64,000 nt of DNA, taken from NCBI GenBank assembly GCA_035524675.1, contig DATKOK010000147.1, forward strand, positions 351 to 64,350. The letters are read 5' to 3'. Source of the DNA: Candidatus Methylomirabilota bacterium (GTDB lineage Archaea; Thermoproteota; Bathyarchaeia; 40CM-2-53-6). The notes under the pieces were generated by a model. It was not told the origin of the DNA. It did no database searches and saw nothing but the letters and a program-made list of their open reading frames with translations. Shown here piece by piece: positions 28,239 to 38,307 of the stretch (its first letter is position 1; the number at the start of each line of letters is the position of its first letter). The position numbers and the translations under genes were made by a program.

Positions 28239-28691
28239 GTGAATACGACGGCAAGACTCTACACGAGTAAACGAGGAAGATCAGGATCCACCCGCCCTAT
28301 CAGTAAGAAAACTCCATCATGGTGCAAGTATACGAATGACGAAGTTGAAGAGCTTGTGTTGAAGCTCGCTAGAGAGGGGAATTCTCCAAGCATTATAGGC
28401 GTCCTGTTGAGGGACCGATATGCAGTGCCGCTTGCAAGATCTATTACAGGGAAGACTGTGAAGCAGATCCTTGCAGGACAAAGCACTGCGCTCCCTGAGG
28501 ATTTGGCTGCGCTTGTCAAGAAGGCTGACGACCTGCGAAGACATTTGGAGAAGAACAGGAAAGACTATGTTAACAAGAGGTCGCTGGCGATGGTGGAGTC
28601 CAAAATCCATCGGCTTGTCAAATATTATAGAGCTAGGCGACAATTGCGGCCTGAATGGGAATACAAGCACCTCGTAGCGTCAGTGGCCTAA
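28239..28691 (+). CDS. rps15: 30S ribosomal protein S15 (uS15)
   Basis: KRGRSGSTRP...PSW...GVLLRDRYAVP...LVKKADDLRRHLEKNRKD. Confidence 0.9.
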   Translation: MNTTARLYTSKRGRSGSTRPISKKTPSWCKYTNDEVEELVLKLAREGNSPSIIGVLLRDRYAVPLARSITGKTVKQILAGQSTALPEDLAALVKKADDLRRHLEKNRKDYVNKRSLAMVESKIHRLVKYYRARRQLRPEWEYKHLVASVA

Positions 28692-28694
28692 TGA

Positions 28695-30155
28695 ATGTCC
28701 ACAGACGCTGATCGCGTTCAGTTCCTAGCCCGGGCTAAAGAGATCGCTGGTGTTCTCGACGACTCTCTCAAAGCCGGTTCATTTTTTGTAGCGATCTCCC
28801 ATCATGATGCTGATGGTATATCCTCAGCGAGCATAATGGGCTCAGCATTGGCGAGAGCAAAAGCACGCTTTACTGTCAGAATCGTGGAGGAGCTTCGCGA
28901 CGACGTTCTTGATGGCATATCCCAATTGCATCCTGACGTACTCATCTTCTCAGACATTGGCAGTGGATATCTGGATCTTATCAAGGCAAGAGGCTTGGCT
29001 AAGACAACGATCATTCTTGACCACCATCCGCCCAACGCAGAATCCCCGGAATCAATACTTCAACTGAATCCGCATGACTACAGGATCGACGGTGCACGTT
29101 TGATCAGCGCTGCAGGTGTCTGCTACTTGGTCGTGCGTGAGATTTCTGAACATAACAAGGATCTCAGTTCTCTTGGTATCGTTGGCGCGTTAGGTGACAT
29201 GCAGGATAAGAACGATAAACGGGCTCTGATTGGTATGAACGAAGTTCTTGTCGAAGACGCAGTCGCGACCGGAACAGTTCGCGTTGTCCAAGATCTTGTC
29301 CTATACGGGAGGGAAACGCGCCCAATTCACAGAGCCCTGGCCTTCACAACGACCCCCTACTTGCCAAACCTGAGCGGAAGAGAGGACAATTGTCTGACTC
29401 TCTTCTCGAACAGCGGGATTCCAGTGAAAGAAGGAGACCGATTTCGAACGATTGCTGATCTTTCGCAAGATGAGAAGACGAAACTTCTTGACGCCATCAT
29501 TAACCACCTTGTCTCAATCAATTTTCAGACGAGCGTAGTCAAGGATTTGATTGGAACAGTGTACACTCTGATCAACGAGCCGCCTCTGAGCCCAACTCGT
29601 GACGCAAGAGAGTATTCAGCAATGCTAAACGCGTGCGGTCGAACTGACAATCCTTCAGTGGGTATCAGCGTTGGGTTAGGGGACAGAAAGACAGCATTAC
29701 AAGAGGCCAACGAAGTTGTCGCCAATTACAGGAAGACTCTTGCAGGCTATATGGAGTGGCTGACCAACACGCCGAACGCGGTTCAGAAATTAAAAACCAT
29801 CTGGGTAATCCGAGGCGAGAACCAGATACAGGATAGTATGACTGGCGCCTTTTCGTCAATAATCTCTTCCGCAGGCAACCTGTCTCAGGATAATGCGATT
29901 ATTGTCCTGACGAAGTCCAAAGAGGGGGGAATCAAACTCTCCGCGAGAGCTCCCTCGAAACTTCTGAAGGCAGGAGTCAATCTCGGGACGGCTCTTGCTA
30001 CTGTGTCAAAGAAATACTCCGGCTTCGGGGGAGGACATAACGTAGCAGCTGGCGCACATATTCGAGTCGAAGACCCAGCTGAATTCCTTCAAGACCTAGA
30101 TGCCACATTACAAGCGCAGATGAATTCCAATGTTAACGGCAAAGATACTGCTTGA
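28695..30155 (+). CDS. DHH-family RecJ/Cdc45-like nuclease (GAN-type)
   Basis: ISHHDADGISSASIM, ILDHHPP and GGGHNVAAGA. Typical position directly downstream of rps15. Confidence 0.8.
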   Translation: MSTDADRVQFLARAKEIAGVLDDSLKAGSFFVAISHHDADGISSASIMGSALARAKARFTVRIVEELRDDVLDGISQLHPDVLIFSDIGSGYLDLIKARGLAKTTIILDHHPPNAESPESILQLNPHDYRIDGARLISAAGVCYLVVREISEHNKDLSSLGIVGALGDMQDKNDKRALIGMNEVLVEDAVATGTVRVVQDLVLYGRETRPIHRALAFTTTPYLPNLSGREDNCLTLFSNSGIPVKEGDRFRTIADLSQDEKTKLLDAIINHLVSINFQTSVVKDLIGTVYTLINEPPLSPTRDAREYSAMLNACGRTDNPSVGISVGLGDRKTALQEANEVVANYRKTLAGYMEWLTNTPNAVQKLKTIWVIRGENQIQDSMTGAFSSIISSAGNLSQDNAIIVLTKSKEGGIKLSARAPSKLLKAGVNLGTALATVSKKYSGFGGGHNVAAGAHIRVEDPAEFLQDLDATLQAQMNSNVNGKDTA

Positions 30156-30417
30156 GTATCCCTCAGCATCTTTCGCGAGGAGTGTTATGGCTGCTCTGAA
30201 TCCTGACAATCAATTCAGCAAAGCTGGGCTTCGAGTCACAACTGACGTAAGAGGCAAAACGCTTCGAATCACAATAAGCCGATGTCTAACCATAGAAACC
30301 ATGCGCTCAACAACGGAGGACATATTTCGTTGCACGAAAGCCGCACAAGAGTCAATGTCCCTCGCTGAAGGAAAGTGTGACAGTAGTAGAGTTCTGAAAG
30401 ATAAACGATTTAAATAA
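30130..30417 (+). CDS. Pcc1-like small protein (second Pcc1 paralogue in this window)
   Basis: 95 aa. AKILLEYPSASFARSVMAALNPDN...LRVTTDVRGKTLRITISRCLTIETMRSTTEDIFRC aligns position by position with the Pcc1 at 45460..45735. Confidence 0.55.
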   Translation: MLTAKILLEYPSASFARSVMAALNPDNQFSKAGLRVTTDVRGKTLRITISRCLTIETMRSTTEDIFRCTKAAQESMSLAEGKCDSSRVLKDKRFK

Positions 30418-30464
30418 CGCACAGATGGTAGCTTGCTGAACTCCGTGGTACTGGTGGAAAATTA

Positions 30465-31109
30465 GTGTCAAAAGCAACGAAAAAAGTCAGAGACAAATGG
30501 CGAACAAAAGAATGGTATGATGTTTATAGTCCACCATATTTCGGAGAAAGAATCGTAGCAGGGATTCCATGCGAGACTCCTGCAGCTCTCTTGGGGCGTG
30601 TCGTCGAAACAACCCTGTACGATATTACAGATGACTTTGCGCATCAATCAATCAAGTTGTACTTCCTAGTTGTGAACACAAAAGACCATAAAGCTGAGAC
30701 TATTCTGAAATCCCACGAATATGCAACGGATTACCTGAGAAGTCTGGTTCGCCGGGGTAGCACTAGGATGGATGGTATATTCAACGCCACGACGAAAGAC
30801 CAATTTTCAATGCGCATCTCAGTTGTGGCTTTCACCCGTGATCGAATCAAAGCTTCACAGGAGCATGGTGTGCGCCATTTAATGAGACAGATCGTGGACG
30901 AGAAGGCCTCAGCCCTAACTTACGAACAACTCTCACAGGAGATCGTGTTGGGCAAGTTAGGATCGGACATCTACAACTTGGCGAAGAAAATTGCGCCTTT
31001 GCGTCACGTAGGGGTGCGCAAATCGAAGGTCGTGTCTATTCCCCCTGGAATAATCGCCACGCCTGCCCAAGTCATTGAGCAGACTAAGGTGGCGCCGCCT
31101 ACCGCGTAG
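30465..31109 (+). CDS. rps3ae: 30S ribosomal protein S3Ae (eS1)
   Basis: KKVRDKWRTKEWYDVYSPPYFG. GTG start. Confidence 0.9.
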   Translation: MSKATKKVRDKWRTKEWYDVYSPPYFGERIVAGIPCETPAALLGRVVETTLYDITDDFAHQSIKLYFLVVNTKDHKAETILKSHEYATDYLRSLVRRGSTRMDGIFNATTKDQFSMRISVVAFTRDRIKASQEHGVRHLMRQIVDEKASALTYEQLSQEIVLGKLGSDIYNLAKKIAPLRHVGVRKSKVVSIPPGIIATPAQVIEQTKVAPPTA

Positions 31110-31377
31110 TTCTCCTGTACATCTTCCGGATTTCTTCATGTATCTCCTCAAGGTCACGGCCAAGTTCATCTAATTTCGACTTTCTAGGGTTCTCGTTCCC
31201 CGAGGCGAGTGTCTGCATCTCAACCACCTCTCGCTTCACCTTCCGCAATTGCTCTTGCAGATCTGCCGTTCTCTCGAGAGAGTGTAGGACTCCTGCGAGA
31301 GCGCCAGTCAATGCACCGGCCGCGACGCCTACAATGAAGGAGATTAGATCAAATGCCATGGCCACACCGACCCCCAT
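31099..31377 (-). CDS. Small membrane-anchored coiled-coil protein, unknown function
   Basis: 92 aa. Gly/Ala-rich N-terminal TM helix followed by a charged helix. Confidence 0.45.
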   Translation of the reverse strand: MGVGVAMAFDLISFIVGVAAGALTGALAGVLHSLERTADLQEQLRKVKREVVEMQTLASGNENPRKSKLDELGRDLEEIHEEIRKMYRRTTR

Positions 31378-31455
31378 CTATCTACTAATTCAACTGAATG
31401 TAGCCTACCGTTCGTGTAGGTTATGCTCTAATTTAAAGCGCTGCCGTTCTATTGG

Positions 31456-32751
31456 GTGGTGACTCAAATGAAAGCAGTGATTCTGGCGGCTGGAGAAGGA
31501 TCTCGAATTTGGCCGCTTGCTGAAACGAGACCAAAACACTTGTTGCCAATCGCAGGCAAGCCTCTTCTAGGGCACATGCTTACTGCGCTCTGCCAGAATG
31601 GCATTTCCGAAGTCACTCTCGTTGTAGGCTTCCAGGAAGATATTATCCGGCAAACTCTTGCTACAGGGAAAGAGTACGGCGTGCAATTGGATTACGTTAA
31701 ACAGCCGAAATGGACTGGAACTGCTACAGCCCTCGGCCAAGCGTCCAAGTCGTTAGGGGAGGACCGGTTTGTTGCAATCTATGGGGACTTGATGATTGAT
31801 TCTAGTGCAGTTAAGGTTCTCATGGCGAAGGCAGCTGGTTCTCATTATGTCATGGGTGTGGTCAGGCTGCCCGATGTCTCTCAATTCGGTGCAGTTGAGT
31901 TACAGGGCGACTTTGTCAGAAACATACTTGAGAAACCGACCTCCCGACGGTCGAACCCAGGTTGGATTAATTCAGGAATGTACGTATTGGACAGGGGCAT
32001 ATTCAGTGCAATAGGCAAAACAGGCCGTTCACGGAGAGCTGAATTTGAGCTAACTACGTCGCTTCAATTGCTCATCAAGAACGGCTATGAGATCAACGCC
32101 GCGATAATACCGGAGCAGAACTGGCTGGACGTCGGTAGGCCTTGGGACTTACTAGCAGCAAACCAGCGAGCCCTTAGGACCTTGCAGTCTCTTACACTTG
32201 GGACTGTTGAGACAGGAGTCACTGTCAAAGGAAATGTCTTCGTTGACGAAGGGGCAGTAATCAAGTCTGGTTCCTACCTCGAAGGGCCGTTGTATTGCGG
32301 AAGAGGAAGCAAGGTAGGTCCGCACGCGAGAATTCGACCATTCACGAGCCTTGAGGTAGATACGGTAGTTGGGAAAGGTTGTGACATTAAGAACAGTATT
32401 CTCATGAAGGGAAGTAAAGTACCACACCTGTCGTATGTCGGTGATAGCATAGTCGGGGAGCACTGCAACTTGGGAGCTGGGACGATGACTGCTAATGTAC
32501 GGTTCGATAAGAGGTCGGTACGGATGAGCATAAAGAACAAGTTGGTTGATAGCGGAATGGCGAAATTGGGTGTAATAATGGGAGATCATGTCGAGATAGG
32601 CATCAATGCAACTTTGATGCCAGGAGTGAGGATCGGTTCAGGATCTTGGATTGGACCCGGAGTAATCCTTTCCGAAGACGTGCCGTCGGGAAAAGTAGTG
32701 CTCGCAAAGCAAAGTCATATCGTAAGAAGACGATCTGTCGCACCTAGCTAG
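31456..32751 (+). CDS. Bifunctional sugar-1-phosphate nucleotidyltransferase/acetyltransferase (GlmU/ST0452-like)
   Basis: KAVILAAGEGSRIWPLAETRPKHLLPIAGKPLL NTP-transferase motif plus C-terminal left-handed beta-helix hexapeptide repeats. Confidence 0.85.
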   Translation: MVTQMKAVILAAGEGSRIWPLAETRPKHLLPIAGKPLLGHMLTALCQNGISEVTLVVGFQEDIIRQTLATGKEYGVQLDYVKQPKWTGTATALGQASKSLGEDRFVAIYGDLMIDSSAVKVLMAKAAGSHYVMGVVRLPDVSQFGAVELQGDFVRNILEKPTSRRSNPGWINSGMYVLDRGIFSAIGKTGRSRRAEFELTTSLQLLIKNGYEINAAIIPEQNWLDVGRPWDLLAANQRALRTLQSLTLGTVETGVTVKGNVFVDEGAVIKSGSYLEGPLYCGRGSKVGPHARIRPFTSLEVDTVVGKGCDIKNSILMKGSKVPHLSYVGDSIVGEHCNLGAGTMTANVRFDKRSVRMSIKNKLVDSGMAKLGVIMGDHVEIGINATLMPGVRIGSGSWIGPGVILSEDVPSGKVVLAKQSHIVRRRSVAPS

Positions 32752-32754
32752 CTG

Positions 32755-33966
32755 CTATGAATGCCGCTTTGCACTCGTGATCGTGATCACGTCGCCATCT
32801 TTGAGCACATAGTCGTCGGCAACGCGCATCTTTGATCGTATTTCGGTAGCGTAAAGAAATCCTTCAGCAAGATCTGAATGTATTAGTCCAGCAAACTCTC
32901 GAGCTGTCGTGCCATACGGAACTAAGTAAGCATCTGGGAGCACGCGCTCCTTGTGGTCGGTGAGCTTCTCTGGATCTTCAACAGGGTAAACGGTGATCAT
33001 CTGTAGCAATTTGAAGAAAGCAAAATTGAGTGTCTCTTGAACTCCAGTGGACCCTAACGGTATCAGTATCTTCTCTTTGATTCGGGTCAGGGCGTTTGTC
33101 TGATCTGCGGTTAACTCTCCTTTTTCTGCAATGGAGAAATTACTATTACCTGGGACATACGCTATTCGATTCTTTTCACCAGCTCTTCGAAGGGCCAGCT
33201 CAGCCTCAGCACAGCAGGGTACAGTCATGTATCCGGTAGATTCGAGTGACTTGAGATTTTGCTCTGCTGGTGGGATGTCTATTTTGTTGGCTGCAATCAG
33301 CATCGGTTTTGCAAGTTTCCTCAACTCAGAGATGAGTTCGAGCAATTGCTCATCTGACCACGATCCTGGTTTTTCGAAGTTGAGGCCGATTTTCTGATGC
33401 GCTTTGACAATGTGGTGTTTCCGGATTCCGAGTCCGCTAAGCTTTTCCTCTATGATGTTCGTCAGGTCTTCTTTTGTTCCTTCAACTCTCCTAACTGCCC
33501 TATCCCATTCTTTCTTGAAGATTTGGAGCATCCACATGTCCAGCTCATGTTCTAGGAACTTGACATCTTCTATGGGATTGTGTGTCCCTGGGTCGCACGG
33601 CCGTCCTTCGGCATCAGTCGACCCTGACGCGTCGATAACATGTATTAGGGCGTCTGCTTGGCGGATTGCGTCGAGAAACTGGTTTCCTAAACCTCGCCCC
33701 TGCCAAGCTCCTGGTACTAAGCCTGCGCAATCAACGAGCTCTACAGGGATTAGGCGAATGCCGTTAACACATGACGAATTGCCGGGGGTGTCCGTTACCC
33801 CGAATTCCCGGCATACGCAGTTCGTTCTGACATATCCCATTCCCACATTTGGTTTAATCGTAGTGAATGGATAATTTGCAATCTGTACATGTGCAAGTGT
33901 GGCGGCGCTGAAAAACGTGCTTTTTCCGACGTTCGGTTTTCCGACCACACCGACGATTCGTTGCAA
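32755..33966 (-). CDS. Obg/YchF-family GTPase with C-terminal TGS domain
   Basis: G1 GKPNVGKSTFF, ANYPFTTIKPN, DCAGLVPGA, C-terminal VLKDGDVITI. TTG start. Confidence 0.8.
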   Translation of the reverse strand: MQRIVGVVGKPNVGKSTFFSAATLAHVQIANYPFTTIKPNVGMGYVRTNCVCREFGVTDTPGNSSCVNGIRLIPVELVDCAGLVPGAWQGRGLGNQFLDAIRQADALIHVIDASGSTDAEGRPCDPGTHNPIEDVKFLEHELDMWMLQIFKKEWDRAVRRVEGTKEDLTNIIEEKLSGLGIRKHHIVKAHQKIGLNFEKPGSWSDEQLLELISELRKLAKPMLIAANKIDIPPAEQNLKSLESTGYMTVPCCAEAELALRRAGEKNRIAYVPGNSNFSIAEKGELTADQTNALTRIKEKILIPLGSTGVQETLNFAFFKLLQMITVYPVEDPEKLTDHKERVLPDAYLVPYGTTAREFAGLIHSDLAEGFLYATEIRSKMRVADDYVLKDGDVITITSAKRHS

Positions 33967-33975
33967 TTTTTGTTC

Positions 33976-34665
33976 CTATATGCCTGATGGTGTGATGCCT
34001 GTGATTCGAATGCCCGCTTCTTTGACTTTGTAACGAATATTGATTCCGATCAGCAGGGCTGTGAGTTGTTCAACTATTCTTGAGTTCTCCAATCGTCCGC
34101 CATCGATGGCCCTGACTCCCGGCACCTTGTTAACCAGTTCCATCACGACCTTTCTTGTGTCTTGTGAATCGCTGCAGACAATGACGTCACAATCGACTTT
34201 GTGGGTTAGGTCCTGAAGTGCTTCAGCCACAACGTTATGGAAGGCAGATGCTATCCGAGTTTTGGGGGGTAGGAGTCTGACTGCTTGTTGAGCGGCCGAG
34301 CCTTCCCAAACGCCCAGTGCCGTCGAGGCGCCTCCTCCAACGGCGGTTGAGAGAGGTACTACGACGTCAATGAAGATGTCCTCGGGCGTAATGTTTTCCG
34401 CGACAGATTTGATCATGTCAACATGGGCGGCAAAAGGAACAGACATTAAGATTATGTCGGCTGCTGCTGCGGCCTTCGCGTTCTCCATGCCGGTAACTTT
34501 GCAGTCTTCTCCCAAAATCGTGCAAGCTCGCTTAGCGGCATCTTCAGCCTTCTGCTGGACTCTCGATCCGATTATGACCTTTTCGCCCGCGCGTGCTAGT
34601 CGCAATACTATTCCAAATCCCTGGTCGCCTGTACCTCCGATCACAGCTATTGTGCGCTCTACCAC
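33976..34665 (-). CDS. npdG: NADPH-dependent F420 reductase (NpdG/Fno family)
   Basis: IAVIGGTGDQGFGIVLRLARAGEKVIIGSR Rossmann motif and family length of 229 aa. Confidence 0.75.
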   Translation of the reverse strand: MVERTIAVIGGTGDQGFGIVLRLARAGEKVIIGSRVQQKAEDAAKRACTILGEDCKVTGMENAKAAAAADIILMSVPFAAHVDMIKSVAENITPEDIFIDVVVPLSTAVGGGASTALGVWEGSAAQQAVRLLPPKTRIASAFHNVVAEALQDLTHKVDCDVIVCSDSQDTRKVVMELVNKVPGVRAIDGGRLENSRIVEQLTALLIGINIRYKVKEAGIRITGITPSGI

Positions 34666-34746
34666 CGCAATTCACTCAAGTGCTATCTGGAAGTTCCTCA
34701 ATTTTAAGTTCAAACTTCGAAATTCGTTTTTCGAATTAATCCAATG

Positions 34747-36090
34747 TTAGGTCGGAAAGTCCTGAATGAATCCGCTACGCATTAGGAATTTGGTTTCGTC
34801 TCGGGCGCGCTTTATGATGGCGCGCGCATTAGTGTATATGTGTTCTTTTGACGGTTTGAATCTCGCAATTCCTTGTTCTATAGCTTTCTCAGCCACGGCT
34901 GTTGCCTCGCGCGGAAAGACTTCCCAATCATCCATGGTGGGGATTATGTTCTTAGCAGTTAGTCCTTTGTCTTCAGCAACCCGTGCTAGTTCATTAGCTG
35001 CGGCTAGACACATTTGGTCAGTTATGGTCTTGGCACGGACATCGATTGTACCCCTGAAGATTCCGGGGAATCCGAGTGAGTTATTGAGTTGATTAGGGAA
35101 GTCAGATCTTCCTGTTGCCACGACCACGGCTCCCGCTTCTTCAGCCTCCCACGGCCAGATTTCAGGGATCGGATTGGCGCATGCGAAGACAATTGCGTCA
35201 TTGCTCATCCTTCGCACCATTTCCGTTGAAATTACGCCTGGGCCGGGTTTCGATAAAGCGATGCAGGCGTCGGCTCCGCTGAAAGTGGATTCAAGACCTC
35301 CTTCTATTCCTTCGGAATTAGTGGTCCTGCATAGGTCCCATTTTTTTGGAGATGTCTTTTCCAGGTCGGTGCGATTTGTGTGTAGAGTTCCTTGACTATC
35401 TGAGAGTATCAGATTTCCTGGCTTCGCACCAGCCAGAATAAGCAATCGTGCCAATGCTACGTTGGCCGCACCAGCTCCAATCATAGAAATCTTGACTTCA
35501 TGAATCTTTTTACCAACTTGTTTGAGCGCGTTTATGAAGCCAGCTAACACGACTGTTGCAGTTCCCTGTTGATCATCATGCCAGACTGGAATATCGAGTT
35601 GGGATTGCAGTGCATCTAAGATCTCAAAGCACTTGGGTTGCGCGATGTCCTCTAGATTGATTCCTCCGAATGAAGGCTGAATCCATTTCACTGCAGAAAT
35701 AACCTCCTGCGTATCCTTCGTGCCCAAACATATAGGAAACGCATCGACCCCCCCTAGGTACTTGTAGAGAAGCGCTTTCCCTTCCATAACCGGGAGACCG
35801 GCTTCAGGACCGATGTCTCCTAGGCCTAATACGCGAGTGCCGTCGGTTACAATAGCAATAGTGTTCCACTTGTTAGTGTTCTCGAAAACCGCCTCGGGCC
35901 TGTTCCTTATCGAGTTGCATGCCTCCGCCACACCTGGTGTGTACCAAACCGCAAAATCTTCGAATGATCTTATCGGACATCTAGGGACTATCTCGATTTT
36001 TCCTTTGTAGTATGGATGGTACTTTAGCGCGAGCTGGGCAGGAAGAAATGCCTTCTTCAACGATTCATTGATCGAATTCATTTTCCGCAT
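34747..36090 (-). CDS. NAD(P)-dependent malic enzyme
   Basis: YYKGKIEIVPRCPI, WYTPGVAEAC, LGLGDIGP, GAGAANVA. Confidence 0.9.
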   Translation of the reverse strand: MRKMNSINESLKKAFLPAQLALKYHPYYKGKIEIVPRCPIRSFEDFAVWYTPGVAEACNSIRNRPEAVFENTNKWNTIAIVTDGTRVLGLGDIGPEAGLPVMEGKALLYKYLGGVDAFPICLGTKDTQEVISAVKWIQPSFGGINLEDIAQPKCFEILDALQSQLDIPVWHDDQQGTATVVLAGFINALKQVGKKIHEVKISMIGAGAANVALARLLILAGAKPGNLILSDSQGTLHTNRTDLEKTSPKKWDLCRTTNSEGIEGGLESTFSGADACIALSKPGPGVISTEMVRRMSNDAIVFACANPIPEIWPWEAEEAGAVVVATGRSDFPNQLNNSLGFPGIFRGTIDVRAKTITDQMCLAAANELARVAEDKGLTAKNIIPTMDDWEVFPREATAVAEKAIEQGIARFKPSKEHIYTNARAIIKRARDETKFLMRSGFIQDFPT

Positions 36091-36208
36091 GTGAGTAACG
36101 AATGCAAGTCACTTAAATAGTGGCCTTGCTTTCAGAATGCGCGAGCTGAAGCATTTCATCCGACTTAAGCTTAAGCTTGCAACGAAAGTGAAACAGTCGC
36201 GATAACAA

Positions 36209-36634
36209 ATGGGCATGTACAAGTACGCAAATCAGACGTGGAATACTAGAGAGAAGAATGAATTCGAGAAATATCTCCGCCAACTCATGATCAAATGGAG
36301 AAGGGAGCCTACTGTTCACAGAATTGAATCTCCCACAAGATTGGACCGTGCGCGAGCGTTAGGTTACAAAGCTAAGCAGGGGTACGTCGTTGTTCGCGTC
36401 CGTATACGTAAGGGTGGCGCTAGGAAGCCGCGCCCGAGGTCTGGAAGGCGTCCACGGGCACTCGGTGTTGTACGCTTCACACGTGCCATTAGCCTCAAGC
36501 ATATTGCTGAGATGCGAGCGCAGAAGAAGTTCCCGAATCTACATGTGATGAACACTTACTATGTCTGGGAAGATGGAACCCACCGCTGGTTCGAAACCAT
36601 ACTCTGCGATCAGACCCTAGGCAAGTTTCGTTAA
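36209..36634 (+). CDS. rpl15e: 50S ribosomal protein L15e (eL15), short form
   Basis: MGMYKY...LMIKWRREPTVHRIESPTRLDRARALGYKAKQGYVVVRVRIRKGG. Ends right after ...WFETIL, with no room downstream for the usual C-terminal tail. Confidence 0.88.
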   Translation: MGMYKYANQTWNTREKNEFEKYLRQLMIKWRREPTVHRIESPTRLDRARALGYKAKQGYVVVRVRIRKGGARKPRPRSGRRPRALGVVRFTRAISLKHIAEMRAQKKFPNLHVMNTYYVWEDGTHRWFETILCDQTLGKFR

Positions 36635-36640
36635 TTGTAA

Positions 36641-37453
36641 GTGGAAACTCAGAGTTTGATCAAGCCGCTGGTTGTCATCAAACTGGGCGGAGCGGCACTC
36701 ACTGACAAGAAGAGGATTTACACTCCAAGGATGACTGTTATTAGGTCAGTAGCTCGACAATTGGCCGGAATTAGATCTCGATTTTCCCTTGTTATTGTTC
36801 ACGGGGCGGGGAGTTATGGGCATATACCAGTTAGCCAGTTCAAACTCTCGCACGGGTTCCGGAATGATCAGCAACTAACGGGCTTAAGCGAGACGAAGTC
36901 TCGACTTTTGGAGTGGGAGTTGATTCTGACCGATATTTTCGTGCAGTTCAATATTCCGGTAATCCCGATTACGGCGAGTGATTATGTGATCGCGCGACGC
37001 GGCAGGATCGATACGTGTAACATGACCCCCATTAAGGAATGGATGCGGCTGGGATGTGTTCCGTCAACGGGAGGCGATATCGTCGCTGATGTGTCGTCTG
37101 GTTTCTCTATTGTGTCTGGGGATCAGCTGGCGGTCCACATTGCAATGTCGCTACATGCCTCTAAGTTGATCTTTGGGACTGATGTTGACGGTATCTTTGA
37201 ATCCGATCCGATCGGGAATAAAGCGGCGCGATTGTTGCGTGTCGTGCAAGTAAGAAAGGCCAAGCAAATTTCTGCCGGCGTAGCCACTGGCATTACTGAT
37301 GTTACGGGTGGAATGAAGGGAAAGATTGAGGAGGCTTCTAGGGCGGCAGAAGCGGGAATTTCAGTCATCTTCGTGAATTTGGTTAAAGGAAATCGGTTGC
37401 ACGATATAGTGTTGGGCCGCAGATCTGTTATTTGCACAGAACTTGTCGACTGA
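36641..37453 (+). CDS. Isopentenyl phosphate kinase (amino-acid-kinase fold)
   Basis: VVIKLGGAALTDKK and IVHGAGSYGH. GTG start. Confidence 0.8.
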   Translation: METQSLIKPLVVIKLGGAALTDKKRIYTPRMTVIRSVARQLAGIRSRFSLVIVHGAGSYGHIPVSQFKLSHGFRNDQQLTGLSETKSRLLEWELILTDIFVQFNIPVIPITASDYVIARRGRIDTCNMTPIKEWMRLGCVPSTGGDIVADVSSGFSIVSGDQLAVHIAMSLHASKLIFGTDVDGIFESDPIGNKAARLLRVVQVRKAKQISAGVATGITDVTGGMKGKIEEASRAAEAGISVIFVNLVKGNRLHDIVLGRRSVICTELVD

Positions 37454-37819
37454 TCATAGGAGCGGGAGATTTCCCGTGATTTTGTCTACGAGCTCAACGG
37501 GAGCTGGCCCGATTCCTACGCATGTAGCGGTTCCGGGTAAGATCTGTGTTAATCCACTATCGTGAATGATTGCTGAGGGCAGTCCAAGCTCTTTCGCCTC
37601 CTCGTTCAGCTTGTTGAGATCACTCTCACTTGTCACCTTGACTGCTACTTTGCACTGGCCTTCATCAAACCATCTTTGCCACCAATCCGGATGAGCCCGT
37701 TTTGTCTCTTCGGCGGCGGTGATGACGGCATGACCCACCTGTACTGCTATCTTGCCTTTGCCCATGTCAAGGTCTCTCCTTACGGCGACCACGAGCTTAT
37801 ACCTGAATTCTCGCGTCAA
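37454..37819 (-). CDS. pth2: Peptidyl-tRNA hydrolase Pth2
   Basis: YKLVVAVRRDLDMGKGKIAVQVGHA...GLPSAIIHDSGLTQILPGTATCVGIGP. Start set at TTG 37819, because the longer ORF overlaps the conserved divergent gene. Confidence 0.85.
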   Translation of the reverse strand: MTREFRYKLVVAVRRDLDMGKGKIAVQVGHAVITAAEETKRAHPDWWQRWFDEGQCKVAVKVTSESDLNKLNEEAKELGLPSAIIHDSGLTQILPGTATCVGIGPAPVELVDKITGNLPLL

Positions 37820-37870
37820 CGATACCGAACCTATTTTGCTTGCCAGATAGCAATAGGCATCTGATATAGG

Positions 37871-38302
37871 TTGAGACAGGAACCGATTCAATCTGTCGAG
37901 CTTAGCACAATTGCTCACGCGACAGAAGACCCTAGCAAAGTCGACAAGGCGCTGCAAACCTTGTTGCTGGGCATTCACCAACAATTCACTCGTCAATACC
38001 TGGAAGGTCATTATGGGAATCCGATCGTAAAGATTGAGGCAAAGCTCACGGATGAGAGCGCGGGACACTTTGCCCACTTGTTGGGCAGTAAGCTATCCAA
38101 GAGTGAACGACTCGTACTTCTGAGAGATCTTCACTTGCATTCAGATGATGATGGTAACCTTTTCGTCCGAGTGGACAAGCAGAAATTGCTCCAAGAAGTA
38201 TTTCGGATTGCCGAGGATGATCCGATTCGAGTTAAGATCAAGTTCAATCGTCTGATAGGTGATTGTAAAAAATCTATGATGGTATTTTTGGAGTCGGACT
38301 GA
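37871..38302 (+). CDS. Predicted RNA-binding protein of the exosome/RNase P superoperon (COG1325/DUF54-like)
   Basis: VELSTIAHATEDPSKVDKAL... pattern and conserved position upstream of rpp30. TTG start. Confidence 0.6.
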   Translation: MRQEPIQSVELSTIAHATEDPSKVDKALQTLLLGIHQQFTRQYLEGHYGNPIVKIEAKLTDESAGHFAHLLGSKLSKSERLVLLRDLHLHSDDDGNLFVRVDKQKLLQEVFRIAEDDPIRVKIKFNRLIGDCKKSMMVFLESD

Positions 38303-38307
38303 CTGAT

